A stretch of DNA of 64,000 nucleotides from an uncultured Clostridia bacterium (GTDB taxonomy: Bacteria; Bacillota; Dehalobacteriia; UBA4068; CALXSR01): NCBI GenBank assembly GCA_944391215.1, contig CALXSR010000030.1:11002-75001 (forward strand). Reading direction: 5' to 3'. Below the pieces are notes generated by a model. The model ran no database searches. It was given only the letters and a program-made list of their open reading frames with translations, and was not told the origin of the DNA. This document shows, in pieces, positions 48,384 to 57,282 of the stretch. Position 1 is the first letter of the stretch; each line of letters begins with the position of its first letter. The translations under genes and the position numbers were made by a program.

Positions 48384-50201
48384 CTATTTATTTTGCCCCA
48401 ATATTTGCTCTTTTAGTTTGATATATTCCAGTGGAAAGTAAGTGGTTTGTATACTAAAAGGTTTTCTTCGGTAGGGGTAACAGTCTACTGTTAAAATAGG
48501 AGGCATTTGTTGCTTTTTCACCGTAGCCAAACCGGTATATAAAGTCCACCATTTTTCTAAATCTTGGATAAAATCCTGTGGTGTTGGGAACAGGCGATAA
48601 ACCAAACCGAGATCTTCGCAATTAATTTTGGTTCCTAACGTGCCTTCCATATACCAACGTAATAATTTATCTGGGCCGGCCGGATTGATCCAATCCGCCC
48701 AAACGGCAAAAAGGTGGTCATGATAAGGATATACCAAAGGGTCCCCCAGTCCTTTTTCTACATCCTGCGCAGGAGATAATTCTGCGCTGGGCGGTAAATC
48801 GATGATATCTTGTAAAATGGGTTTTTGGAAAATAGCTTCTTGCATATAGCGGGCTAATTCATATACTTGCCATTTCCATAAATCGCCAATGGGGGCAAAA
48901 AAACCAGTACCGTCGCCGTACATGGTAAAATAACCGATACTAGCTTCCGCTTTATTGCCATTACAGGAATAAACGGCATCCCAGGCAGAGGCGATAGCTG
49001 GCAATAGGCGGGAACCGCGGTCGCGAGCTTGTATGTTTTCTACCATAAAATCGCTTAATTTTAGTTTTTCCTTTTTCCCGTTTTGTAAATTGGTAATGAT
49101 AGTACCATTAATTTGCTTTTTGGTATGTTCTACCGATTGCTCAATCGGGATAGCTGTATAATAGCAGCCCAATTCGCGAGCAAGCTGTTCCGCACAGTTT
49201 TGCGTGGTTTGGGAGTTAAAACGACTGGGCATATTTACCAGTAAAATATTCTCCGGTCCTAATGCTTTGGCATATAAACAAGCTGTTACGGCAGAATCAA
49301 TGCCTCCGGAAAGGCCGATTACCACTCTTTTTTGCGGGATGCTTTTTACAAATTGCGCAATGCTAAATACGATGGCTTGATATACATAGGAAATTTTCGG
49401 TTTATTGAGAGAAAAATAAACCGATTCATATTGTTCTGGCTCCTCTATTTGTGCGATCCGGGGATCAAAAGGCAATGTGTAAATGGATTCTTGCCATAAA
49501 GGCAGTTGTTGTAAACTTTCGCCGTGTTGATTATAAACAGAAGAACCGCCGGGCATGGCATAAACGGTTTTCCCAGTATTTTGAATGCCCACCATGTTTA
49601 CTTGGATGAGACAGGCCTGTAAACGGTTGGCCCAAAAAGGGATGGCATAATTGGTTTTGGTCCAAGCAAAAGCACGGTTATTTAAATAAATAATATAATC
49701 TACTTTAGGGCCTTTTGGAGTTAACATAATATCTTCCCCAATTAGAAAGATAAAAGAATAGCTTTGTCCTTCTATGGTAATTGTAATTGGCTGCGGATCT
49801 TGGGGAGCGGGAGTAAAATACCTTTTATCGATCCAGTTTAAATTCTTTTTGACGGCAACGGCTCCGCTATATTCTTTTTGACCGCCGATGAGTTTCCCGT
49901 TTTGCGCCACATAAGTGGCAGAATATAAATGACCTTTGGCATCTCCGGCAACATTACCAAAAATAATGGTAATATCCTGGCTGGCCTCTACAATTTTTTC
50001 ACCGTATTTTTTGGCATCTTCCACAAAACATTCAAATTGCCAGGTATCTCCTAAAAACCAGCCGGTTAAAGCCATTGCCGGGAAAACGATAATTTTGCCA
50101 CCTTGTTTTTTAGCGGTTTCTACGGCGGATAGCATTTTAGCGCAATTTAAATCCGGTCGGCCGGCAATTACTTCCGTTTGGGCTATGGTTATATTTTGCA
50201 T
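48384..50201 (-). CDS. nadE: NAD+ synthetase (two-domain NadE; N-terminal glutaminase-like domain appears catalytically degenerate)
   Basis: 605 aa. C-terminal PP-loop GLSGGIDSAV. The N-terminal CN-hydrolase domain has VFPAMALTGW where the catalytic Glu is expected (compare M. tuberculosis VFPELTLSGY) and FLIGEDIM where the catalytic Cys is expected (ICEDMF). Lys is retained. Confidence 0.85.
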   Translation of the reverse strand: MQNITIAQTEVIAGRPDLNCAKMLSAVETAKKQGGKIIVFPAMALTGWFLGDTWQFECFVEDAKKYGEKIVEASQDITIIFGNVAGDAKGHLYSATYVAQNGKLIGGQKEYSGAVAVKKNLNWIDKRYFTPAPQDPQPITITIEGQSYSFIFLIGEDIMLTPKGPKVDYIIYLNNRAFAWTKTNYAIPFWANRLQACLIQVNMVGIQNTGKTVYAMPGGSSVYNQHGESLQQLPLWQESIYTLPFDPRIAQIEEPEQYESVYFSLNKPKISYVYQAIVFSIAQFVKSIPQKRVVIGLSGGIDSAVTACLYAKALGPENILLVNMPSRFNSQTTQNCAEQLARELGCYYTAIPIEQSVEHTKKQINGTIITNLQNGKKEKLKLSDFMVENIQARDRGSRLLPAIASAWDAVYSCNGNKAEASIGYFTMYGDGTGFFAPIGDLWKWQVYELARYMQEAIFQKPILQDIIDLPPSAELSPAQDVEKGLGDPLVYPYHDHLFAVWADWINPAGPDKLLRWYMEGTLGTKINCEDLGLVYRLFPTPQDFIQDLEKWWTLYTGLATVKKQQMPPILTVDCYPYRRKPFSIQTTYFPLEYIKLKEQILGQNK

Positions 50202-50385
50202 GCAAACCTCCTTCTGATTCGAGAAGGAATCATAAAATTAAATTAAATGTATAAAAATTCACTCATTCTATTTTACCACATTCTTTTGATTCGCATAGTA
50301 TCTTTTTCTATCTTTTCCTTTTTGTCACAAAAAAGGATTTTGGCATTTCGCATGGTAATAATAGAAATACGGAAAGGAATAGGGA

Positions 50386-51282
50386 ATGGAACAAATTATT
50401 TTATATAACCATGCTAAAATCAATTTAACTTTGAGTATTTTGCAAAAAAAAGCGGATGGCTATCATGATATCGCGTCTATTATGCAGCCATTGACGCTAT
50501 CTGATACGGTTATTTGCTCCAAAGCCGAAAAAACGCTTTTACTGGTTCAGGGTGCTGATTTGCCCTTAAATAACAAGAATTTAGCTTATCAGGCCTGGGA
50601 GCTTATGCAAAGGGAATTTGCGCTCACTGGCGGCATACAAATAAAATTGTTAAAAAATATACCAGTGGCTGCTGGGTTAGCTGGCGGTAGTGGAAATGCC
50701 GCGGCCGTATTAAAAGCGATAAACGAGTTATTTCATTTGCGGTTGCCTTTGCCGCAATTAGTATATTATGGAAAACAGTTGGGTGCGGACGTCCCTTTTT
50801 GCCTTTATGAACAAACTGCTCTTGCAGAAGGCATTGGGGAAAAGATTACCGTTTTGCCAACATTACCTGATTTCGATGTTGTTTTAGTAAATCCTGGTTT
50901 TGCAGTTTCCACCAAAGAAGTTTATGAGACTTTTGATCGGTACGAACAAAAACCAGTTTTACCACAAACGCAACAAATGATACGGGCGATTAAAGAAAAA
51001 GATTTTGTAAAAATAAAACAATGGATTGCCAATATGTTGGAACCGGTAACTTTATCTTTGTATCCGCAGTTAGAAATGGTGAAAACAGATATGGCACGAT
51101 TGGGTTTATTACCTTTTTTATGCGGTAGCGGCCCTACTTTCTGCGGTTTGGCGGAAGATAGGCGGCAGGCGCAACAGGCAGTACAAATATTGCAAGGAAA
51201 ATATCCTTTGGTTTTGCAAAGCCAGTTTTTAAGCGAGGGGATCAAAAATGGAGAAAACAAGAGGAAAACTTACAACAATTAA
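50386..51282 (+). CDS. ispE: 4-diphosphocytidyl-2-C-methyl-D-erythritol kinase
   Basis: GHMP kinase motif PVAAGLAGGSGNAAAVL. N-terminus AKINLTLSIL. Confidence 0.9.
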   Translation: MEQIILYNHAKINLTLSILQKKADGYHDIASIMQPLTLSDTVICSKAEKTLLLVQGADLPLNNKNLAYQAWELMQREFALTGGIQIKLLKNIPVAAGLAGGSGNAAAVLKAINELFHLRLPLPQLVYYGKQLGADVPFCLYEQTALAEGIGEKITVLPTLPDFDVVLVNPGFAVSTKEVYETFDRYEQKPVLPQTQQMIRAIKEKDFVKIKQWIANMLEPVTLSLYPQLEMVKTDMARLGLLPFLCGSGPTFCGLAEDRRQAQQAVQILQGKYPLVLQSQFLSEGIKNGENKRKTYNN

Positions 51283-51973
51283 ATTGGAAAATTATCAACC
51301 GTTGCGAGAATTGGTTTTTGAAAAATTAAGAGAAGCCATTATTTCCGGCGCTTTGCCAGAAGGGGAGCGATTGATGGAAGTACAGTTGGCGGAGGAGCTG
51401 GGCGTAAGTCGTACGCCCATCCGGGAGGCCATTCGCCGCTTGGAGCTAGAAGGTTTTGTGGTGATGATGCCCAGAAAAGGGGCTTATGTTTCCGGTTTTA
51501 CTTTAAAAGATATTATCAATGTGTTTGAAATACGGGAAGCCTTAGACGAATTGGCCTGTTCTTTGGCGGCGGTACGTATCTCTGATGATCAGTTGGAATA
51601 TTTAGAAAGGCTGATGGTAGAATTAACAGAAGCTACGGAAAATGAGAATTCCGAAGAATGGATTCGGGTGGATACTTTATTTCATGATGCCATTTATAAA
51701 GCTTGCAATAATGACCGCTTAATGCAAATGATCGGTAATATTATGGAGCAAATCCAAAGATACCGGCAGATGTCATTAAACGATAAAGGACGCATGCCAC
51801 AAGCTTTGGAGGAACACAGGGCGTTGGTAAACGCTTTGTGGGACAGGGACGCCAAAGAAGCTCAGTTAAGGGCTAGCATGCATATAAATAATGCAGAGGC
51901 TAGGATTATTGCTTTAATGCGCAAAAATGCAGAAGAAGATAATCCGGAAGCCGGGCAGAATATTGAGGAGTGA
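51248..51973 (+). CDS. GntR-family transcriptional regulator (FadR/FCD subfamily)
   Basis: N-terminal wHTH GERLMEVQLAEELGVSRTPIREAIRRLELEG and C-terminal FCD-like helical domain. Start overlaps the ispE 3' end. Confidence 0.8.
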   Translation: MEKTRGKLTTIKLENYQPLRELVFEKLREAIISGALPEGERLMEVQLAEELGVSRTPIREAIRRLELEGFVVMMPRKGAYVSGFTLKDIINVFEIREALDELACSLAAVRISDDQLEYLERLMVELTEATENENSEEWIRVDTLFHDAIYKACNNDRLMQMIGNIMEQIQRYRQMSLNDKGRMPQALEEHRALVNALWDRDAKEAQLRASMHINNAEARIIALMRKNAEEDNPEAGQNIEE

Positions 51974-51978
51974 AGAAA

Positions 51979-52740
51979 ATGGATGCTGTGGTATTATCCG
52001 GCAGCGACAAAAAAACAGAAGAAAAATTGGGCGTAACCAATAAAGCGCTTTTACCAATTGGTGGAAAGCCAATGATTGAGTATGTGGTAGATGCTTTGTT
52101 AGCTGCGCCTGCTATTGATAAGGTGATTATTGCTGGCAATGCTACGTTAAAGGAGTATTTCGCTGCATGGGAACGGGTAACCGTAACGGTATCCGGGGAA
52201 AGCGCGGTGGATAGTTTTTTATCGGTGCTTCCTTATACGGATATCGATGCGGATCAGTTATTGCTTTGTTCCAATGATTTGCCCCTGTTAACAGGACAAA
52301 TTATAGAAAATTTTGTTGCTTTATGCCAACCGCGGGGTTTGGATGTTTATTATCCAGTTGTTAGTGAAGCTACCAATAAAATGCATTATCCGGAGACAGT
52401 GCGTACTTATATTAAATTTAAAGAAGGACAATATACGGGAGGAAATGTTTTTTTAGTACGGCCAAAAGCCATTTTAGGTTGCCGAGAAAAGGCGGAAAAA
52501 CTGATTGCAGCGCGCAAATCGCCCATGAAAATTGCCGGGATTGTCGGCCCTACTTGTCTGGCCAAATTTGCCACAGGAAAACTTGATTTCCCATCGTGTG
52601 TTAAAATTGGCCATAAAGCTTTGGGCTTAACGGGAAAAGTAGTGGTTTGTCCTTATCCGGAAATTAGTATTGATGTGGATAAAACAAGTGACTTGGAATT
52701 GGTGGAAAAAACATTGCAAAAAAGACAAGTTGCCGTATAG
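51979..52740 (+). CDS. NTP-transferase-fold protein (MobA/CobY-like, NTP_transf_3) with an atypical glycine-rich loop
   Basis: MDAVVLSGSDKK...KALLPIGGKPMIEYVV parallels CobY/MobA N-termini (MDALIMAGGKGTRM...LIDYVV). SGSDKK replaces the canonical GGxGxRM. Start at ATG 51979 after tgaggagtg. Confidence 0.5.
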   Translation: MDAVVLSGSDKKTEEKLGVTNKALLPIGGKPMIEYVVDALLAAPAIDKVIIAGNATLKEYFAAWERVTVTVSGESAVDSFLSVLPYTDIDADQLLLCSNDLPLLTGQIIENFVALCQPRGLDVYYPVVSEATNKMHYPETVRTYIKFKEGQYTGGNVFLVRPKAILGCREKAEKLIAARKSPMKIAGIVGPTCLAKFATGKLDFPSCVKIGHKALGLTGKVVVCPYPEISIDVDKTSDLELVEKTLQKRQVAV

Positions 52741-52780
52741 TGGTGGAATAACCTCCATAGGAGAATCGCTGCCATAAATG

Positions 52781-52809
52781 AAAAAAGAGCCGATTAGGCT
52801 CTTTTTTTT
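52781..52809. terminator. Bidirectional terminator overlapping the corA stop codon
   Basis: aaaaaagagccgattaggctctttttttt. Confidence 0.7.
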
Positions 52810-53734
52810 ATAACATATCTTTTTTCTTTAACCAGTACGCAATCAAAATGCAAGCAATGACGCAAATGATGATAATGGCAAAATATCCCCAAATAGAACT
52901 TTCTAACGGCAATGGTACATTCATGCCAAAAAAGCTGAATATCATAGTAGGGATGGAAAGAACAATGGTAATGCCGGCTAAAAATTTCATTACAATATTC
53001 AAGTTATTGGAAATGATGGAGGCAAAAGCATCCATAGTACCGGAAGAAATATTGCTATAAATATCAGCCATTTCAATAGCCTGGCGATTTTCGATTAAAA
53101 TATCTTCCAATAAATCGGAATCTTCCTCGTACATTTTTAATGTTTTGCCCCGTAATAAGCGTTGCATTACCTTTTCGTTAGCGCGCAAGGAAGTGGTGAA
53201 ATATACCAAACTTTTTTCCATATTCAATAAATTGATCAATTCTTTATTGCGCATGGATTTATGCAATTCGCGTTCAATTTGTTCATTTTGCCGGTTAATT
53301 TCACGCAAATATTTTAGATATAAGCTGGTTTGTTTTTGAAACAACTGGAAAACGAAACGCGTTTTTTTAAAAGTTGCCATGCTTTTCATTTTATTACCGG
53401 CAAAATCTTGCTCTAAATTAATGTCTTCTAAGCAAATTGTAATAACATAATCGTCATTGATCACAATCCCTAAAGGAATGGTATCGTAAATCACGTCTTC
53501 TTTCCTTTTAATTGGGACATTGATAATGATCATTAGTTGTTCATCTTCTGCTTCTACCCGAGGAATTTCTTCATCATCCAAAGGATATTTTAGGAAATCC
53601 GTATAGATACCGGCCTGTTGGGCGATTAGCTGAATTTCCTCTTCTGTTGGATTGACTAAATTCACCCAAGCGCCTTCTTCTAAGGTATCAATTTTCACCG
53701 TGGTATCGTTTACGGTTTGAAATATGGTGAGCAA
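52808..53734 (-). CDS. corA: CorA-family magnesium/cobalt transporter
   Basis: GMN signature (FFGMNVPLP) between two C-terminal TM helices. About 308 aa. TTG start with aaaggagg. Confidence 0.85.
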   Translation of the reverse strand: MLTIFQTVNDTTVKIDTLEEGAWVNLVNPTEEEIQLIAQQAGIYTDFLKYPLDDEEIPRVEAEDEQLMIIINVPIKRKEDVIYDTIPLGIVINDDYVITICLEDINLEQDFAGNKMKSMATFKKTRFVFQLFQKQTSLYLKYLREINRQNEQIERELHKSMRNKELINLLNMEKSLVYFTTSLRANEKVMQRLLRGKTLKMYEEDSDLLEDILIENRQAIEMADIYSNISSGTMDAFASIISNNLNIVMKFLAGITIVLSIPTMIFSFFGMNVPLPLESSIWGYFAIIIICVIACILIAYWLKKKDML

Positions 53735-53880
53735 TGTCAAAACCTCCTTTGTTACAGGAGGTTGGCGTAAAAAAGATTCTGTCCGCTAACTTCCTGCAAG
53801 ATTAGTATTCTGTTTTTCTTTTTTTTCATGCTACTTCGGTAAGCAGGGTCTGCGTCCATTTTCTTTTCACTCCTTTACGG

Positions 53881-54083
53881 TTATTTTAAAATAAAAAAGC
53901 TTTGTGTAAACACAAAGCAATGTTAGCAACATTCCCTTGTGCAGTTTTGGCACCGTACAACGTAGGGCTATGCCCAGCTACATTAAAAAACACCTTAAGC
54001 CGATGTTTTTTGCTCAACCCTTTGGCCTCTCTCGAAATTTCAGGGCAGCAGCATTTTTTTGTATGGTAACCTCACCTAACGGT
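53881..54083 (-). ncRNA. M-box (ykoK-type) Mg2+ riboswitch with intrinsic terminator, in the corA leader
   Basis: The minus-strand leader reads GTTAGGTGAGG...ATGCTGCTGCCC...GGCCAAAGGGTTGAGCA...CATCGGCTTAAGGTGTTTTTTAATGTAGCTGG...TACGGTGCCAAAACTG, matching conserved M-box blocks of B. subtilis mgtE (GTTAGGTGAGG, CGCTGCTGCCC, CATCGACATAAGGTGATTTTTAATGCAGCTGG, TACAGTGCTAAAGCT). Followed by terminator gctttgtgtttacacaaagc plus a U-tract (plus 53881-53918). A -10 TATAAT lies at about 54097-54102 (minus). Confidence 0.85.
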
Positions 54084-54319
54084 TTTGCTAATTTTTATTA
54101 TACCCTTTTCTTTTAAGAATGAAAAGTGTAAAATAAATAGAAAAGCCGATTTTAGTAAAATTTGGCAAATAATGCCTAAAATTGACAAATTTTTCAGAAT
54201 TTTCTAAGCAATGGTCGAAAAAAAATAAAATTTTTTATGATAAAAAAAGGAATTTAGCGACTATTTATAGAATGGTTGCAAATATCATATATCTGAAATT
54301 TAGACTGGGGGTAAGCGAT

Positions 54320-54712
54320 ATGAATGTGACGGATGTCCGGGTACGTAAACTTTTAGCGGAAGGTAAAATGAAAGCGATTGTTTCGGTAACTCTTGATAAT
54401 GCCTTTGTGATCCATGATGTGAAAGTGGTTGATGGGCAAAACGGCCTTTTTGTTGCCATGCCGAGCCGCAAAACACCAAATGGAGAATTTAGGGACATTG
54501 CCCATCCTATTTCCCAGGAGGCTAGGGATTTGATTCAAAGTCGTGTTTTGGAAAAATATCAAGAAGCATTGACCATGAATGATTTCGAAGCTTTGAAAAA
54601 CAACCCTGATTTTATACTAGATGCTCCTTTGAGAAACCCTGTTTTGATGGAAGATAAAGAAGAAGAGGCACAGCCTTCTATTTTAGAAACGGTAAAAACT
54701 GATATTAACTAA
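54320..54712 (+). CDS. spoVG: Septation/sporulation regulatory protein SpoVG
   Basis: [64 protein letters not shown] is near-identical in pattern to SpoVG. The ATG at 54320 is preferred over the upstream TTG of the track ORF. Confidence 0.9.
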   Translation: MNVTDVRVRKLLAEGKMKAIVSVTLDNAFVIHDVKVVDGQNGLFVAMPSRKTPNGEFRDIAHPISQEARDLIQSRVLEKYQEALTMNDFEALKNNPDFILDAPLRNPVLMEDKEEEAQPSILETVKTDIN

Positions 54713-54831
54713 ATCAAACTGTAAATTTTTATTGAATAAATAAAACGAAGAATTGAGGTGAAATATCCTCAATTCTTTGTGTTATAATGGAAGGGTAAAA
54801 TAGAAAACCATAAATTGTAGGGGGTTATTCC

Positions 54832-56202
54832 ATGTCGAAAACGGGCGCAATTATTTTGGCGGCAGGCAAAGGTACTCGTATGAAGTCTGATTTGCCGAAA
54901 GTATTACATAAAGTGGCGGGAAAATCGATGGTGCGGCAAGTGGCCAGCGCCTGCCAGAGGGCACAAATTGACGAATTACTATTCGTGGTAGGACATAAGG
55001 CAGAAGAGGTAAAAAATGCGTTGGGCACACAATTTTTTTATGCCTTGCAGGAGCCGCAATTGGGTACCGGCCATGCGGTAATGGTAGCATTGCCGATTTT
55101 ACCGGATGATATTGATACCGTTTTTGTGTTATGCGGCGATACGCCTTTATTATCAGAGGATACCTTAAAAGCAATGGCTGCCCAGTTTGCAGAACAAAAA
55201 GCTACCTGTACCATATTAACGGCTGAAATGGACCGTCCTTTTGGTTATGGGCGGATTTTGCGGGATCCTTTAGGTCGCATTAAGGGAATTGTGGAAGAAA
55301 AAGATGCTACGGATGAGGAACGGAAAATTACGGAAATCAATGCCGGCGTGTATTGCTTTCATACTGACAGTTTACGTTTGGCTGTGGCTGATTTGCAAAA
55401 TGATAATGCACAGGGTGAGTATTATTTAACCGATGTAGTGAAGTGGTTTTATGAACATGGGAAATTAGTGAATTCTTATCTTGCTTCTGATACGATGGAA
55501 ATATTAGGGATCAATGACAGAGTGCAGTTAGCGCAAGCTGACGCTGTTATGCGACATAGAAAATGTATCCAATTAATGAAAGATGGCGTTACCATTGTAG
55601 ATCCGAATAGCACCTATATTGAAATGGATGTGCAGATTGGGCAGGATACCATTATTGAACCGGATACTTATTTGCGCGGCGATACCGTAATTGGCAGTCA
55701 TTGTCATATTGGTCCGCAAACGGATATTAGCAATTGTAAAACGGGGGATGGGTGTCGTATTTTTCGTTCCGTATTGGTGGATAGTCAATTAGGAAATGCT
55801 TGCCAGGTAGGTCCTTTTTGTTATATCCGGCCAAAAACCGTTTTAGCGGATAGGGTAAAAGCTGGACATTTTGTGGAATTGAAGAAAACGCAAGTAGGGG
55901 AAGGTTCCAAAATTCCGCATTTATCTTATATGGGGGATGCCATCATTGGGGCCGGCGTGAATATTGGTTGCGGTTCGATTACCTGTAATTATGATGGGAT
56001 GAATAAATTTATTACCCAAATAGAAGACGGGGCTTTTATCGGTTGTAACACCAATTTGGTTGCTCCAGTTGTTGTCCATAAAAATGCTTATATTGCAGCT
56101 GGTTCTACGATCAATAAAGAGGTTCCGGAAGATGCTTTGGCGATTGCCCGAGCTCGGCAAGAGAATAAAGAAAATTGGCAAAGACCGCAGAAAAAACAAT
56201 AA
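54832..56202 (+). CDS. glmU: Bifunctional UDP-N-acetylglucosamine pyrophosphorylase / glucosamine-1-phosphate N-acetyltransferase
   Basis: ILAAGKGTRMKSDLPKVLH N-terminus, C-terminal left-handed beta-helix hexapeptide repeats. 456 aa. Follows spoVG as in Bacillus. Extended -10 TGtTATAAT at about 54783-54792. Confidence 0.95.
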   Translation: MSKTGAIILAAGKGTRMKSDLPKVLHKVAGKSMVRQVASACQRAQIDELLFVVGHKAEEVKNALGTQFFYALQEPQLGTGHAVMVALPILPDDIDTVFVLCGDTPLLSEDTLKAMAAQFAEQKATCTILTAEMDRPFGYGRILRDPLGRIKGIVEEKDATDEERKITEINAGVYCFHTDSLRLAVADLQNDNAQGEYYLTDVVKWFYEHGKLVNSYLASDTMEILGINDRVQLAQADAVMRHRKCIQLMKDGVTIVDPNSTYIEMDVQIGQDTIIEPDTYLRGDTVIGSHCHIGPQTDISNCKTGDGCRIFRSVLVDSQLGNACQVGPFCYIRPKTVLADRVKAGHFVELKKTQVGEGSKIPHLSYMGDAIIGAGVNIGCGSITCNYDGMNKFITQIEDGAFIGCNTNLVAPVVVHKNAYIAAGSTINKEVPEDALAIARARQENKENWQRPQKKQ

Positions 56203-56294
56203 TCCGACAAGGATTTTACATGTGCTTGCCGAATAAGTTATTGTTTTGTAAGCTGTTAGGGGAAGTTTAATTTTGGCGGGAGGACGAAAAAAAG

Positions 56295-57248
56295 ATGAGT
56301 GACCGGAAACTAAAACTTTTTACGGGAAATGCTAACCCTCGTTTGGCTGAGGAAATTGCTTCGTATTTAGGCATTGAATTGGGGCAAGCAAAAGTAAAGA
56401 GATTTTGCGACGGAGAAATAGCCATAGAAATCCAGGAAAGCGTACGGGGTGCCGACGTTTTCATTTTACAACCGACATGTGCACCCGCCAATGACAATAT
56501 GATGGAATTGCTGATTATGATTGATGCGATGCGTCGGGCTTCGGCCAAAAGGATTACGGCGGTAGTGCCTTATTATGGTTATGCAAGACAGGAACGGAAA
56601 ACCAAACCAAGGGATCCCATTTCTGCGAAATTAGTGGCCAATTTATTAACGGCTGCCGGAGCAGATAGGGTGGTGGCAATGGATTTGCATGCCAGCGCTA
56701 TTCAGGGATTTTTTGATATTCCTTTGGATCATTTGCCGGGAGCGCCTTTGTTGGCGGAATACTTTAAAAACTTAAACTTGCAGAATATTGTGGTGATGTC
56801 GCCAGATTTGGGCGGCGTTACTCGGGCGCGTGATTTAGCCAACCGTTTGGGTTTGGGGGCGCAAATTGCAATTATTGATAAGAGAAGACCGGAAGCCAAT
56901 AAAGCAGAAATTATGAACGTCATTGGGGATGTGGAAGGCAAAACCGTTATTATGGTAGACGATATTATTGATACGGCCGGAACGATTTGTAAAGGGGCGG
57001 AAGTATTAAAAAACCTAGGCGCAGAAAAAATTTACGCCTGCTGCACCCATGCTGTTTTATCGCCGCCGGCTATGGAACGGCTAGACGCTTCCGTCATTGA
57101 AGAAGTGCTAATTACGAACACAATTCCGCTTTGCCCGGAACGGGAGCCGATTTGTGATAAAATCCGTACAGTATCGGTTGCGCCTCTTTTGGGAGAAGCG
57201 ATTATCCGTATTCATGAGGATCTATCGATCAGTCGTTTGTTTGATTAA
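56295..57248 (+). CDS. prs: Ribose-phosphate pyrophosphokinase
   Basis: PRPP-binding motif [15 protein letters not shown]-terminus [16 protein letters not shown]. 317 aa. Confidence 0.95.
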   Translation: MSDRKLKLFTGNANPRLAEEIASYLGIELGQAKVKRFCDGEIAIEIQESVRGADVFILQPTCAPANDNMMELLIMIDAMRRASAKRITAVVPYYGYARQERKTKPRDPISAKLVANLLTAAGADRVVAMDLHASAIQGFFDIPLDHLPGAPLLAEYFKNLNLQNIVVMSPDLGGVTRARDLANRLGLGAQIAIIDKRRPEANKAEIMNVIGDVEGKTVIMVDDIIDTAGTICKGAEVLKNLGAEKIYACCTHAVLSPPAMERLDASVIEEVLITNTIPLCPEREPICDKIRTVSVAPLLGEAIIRIHEDLSISRLFD

Positions 57249-57250
57249 GC

Positions 57251-57282
57251 AAAGACCCGCAAAAAATTGCGGGTCTTTTTTT
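57251..57282. terminator. Bidirectional terminator between prs and the PRC-barrel gene
   Basis: aaagacccgcaaaaaattgcgggtcttttttt. Confidence 0.7.
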
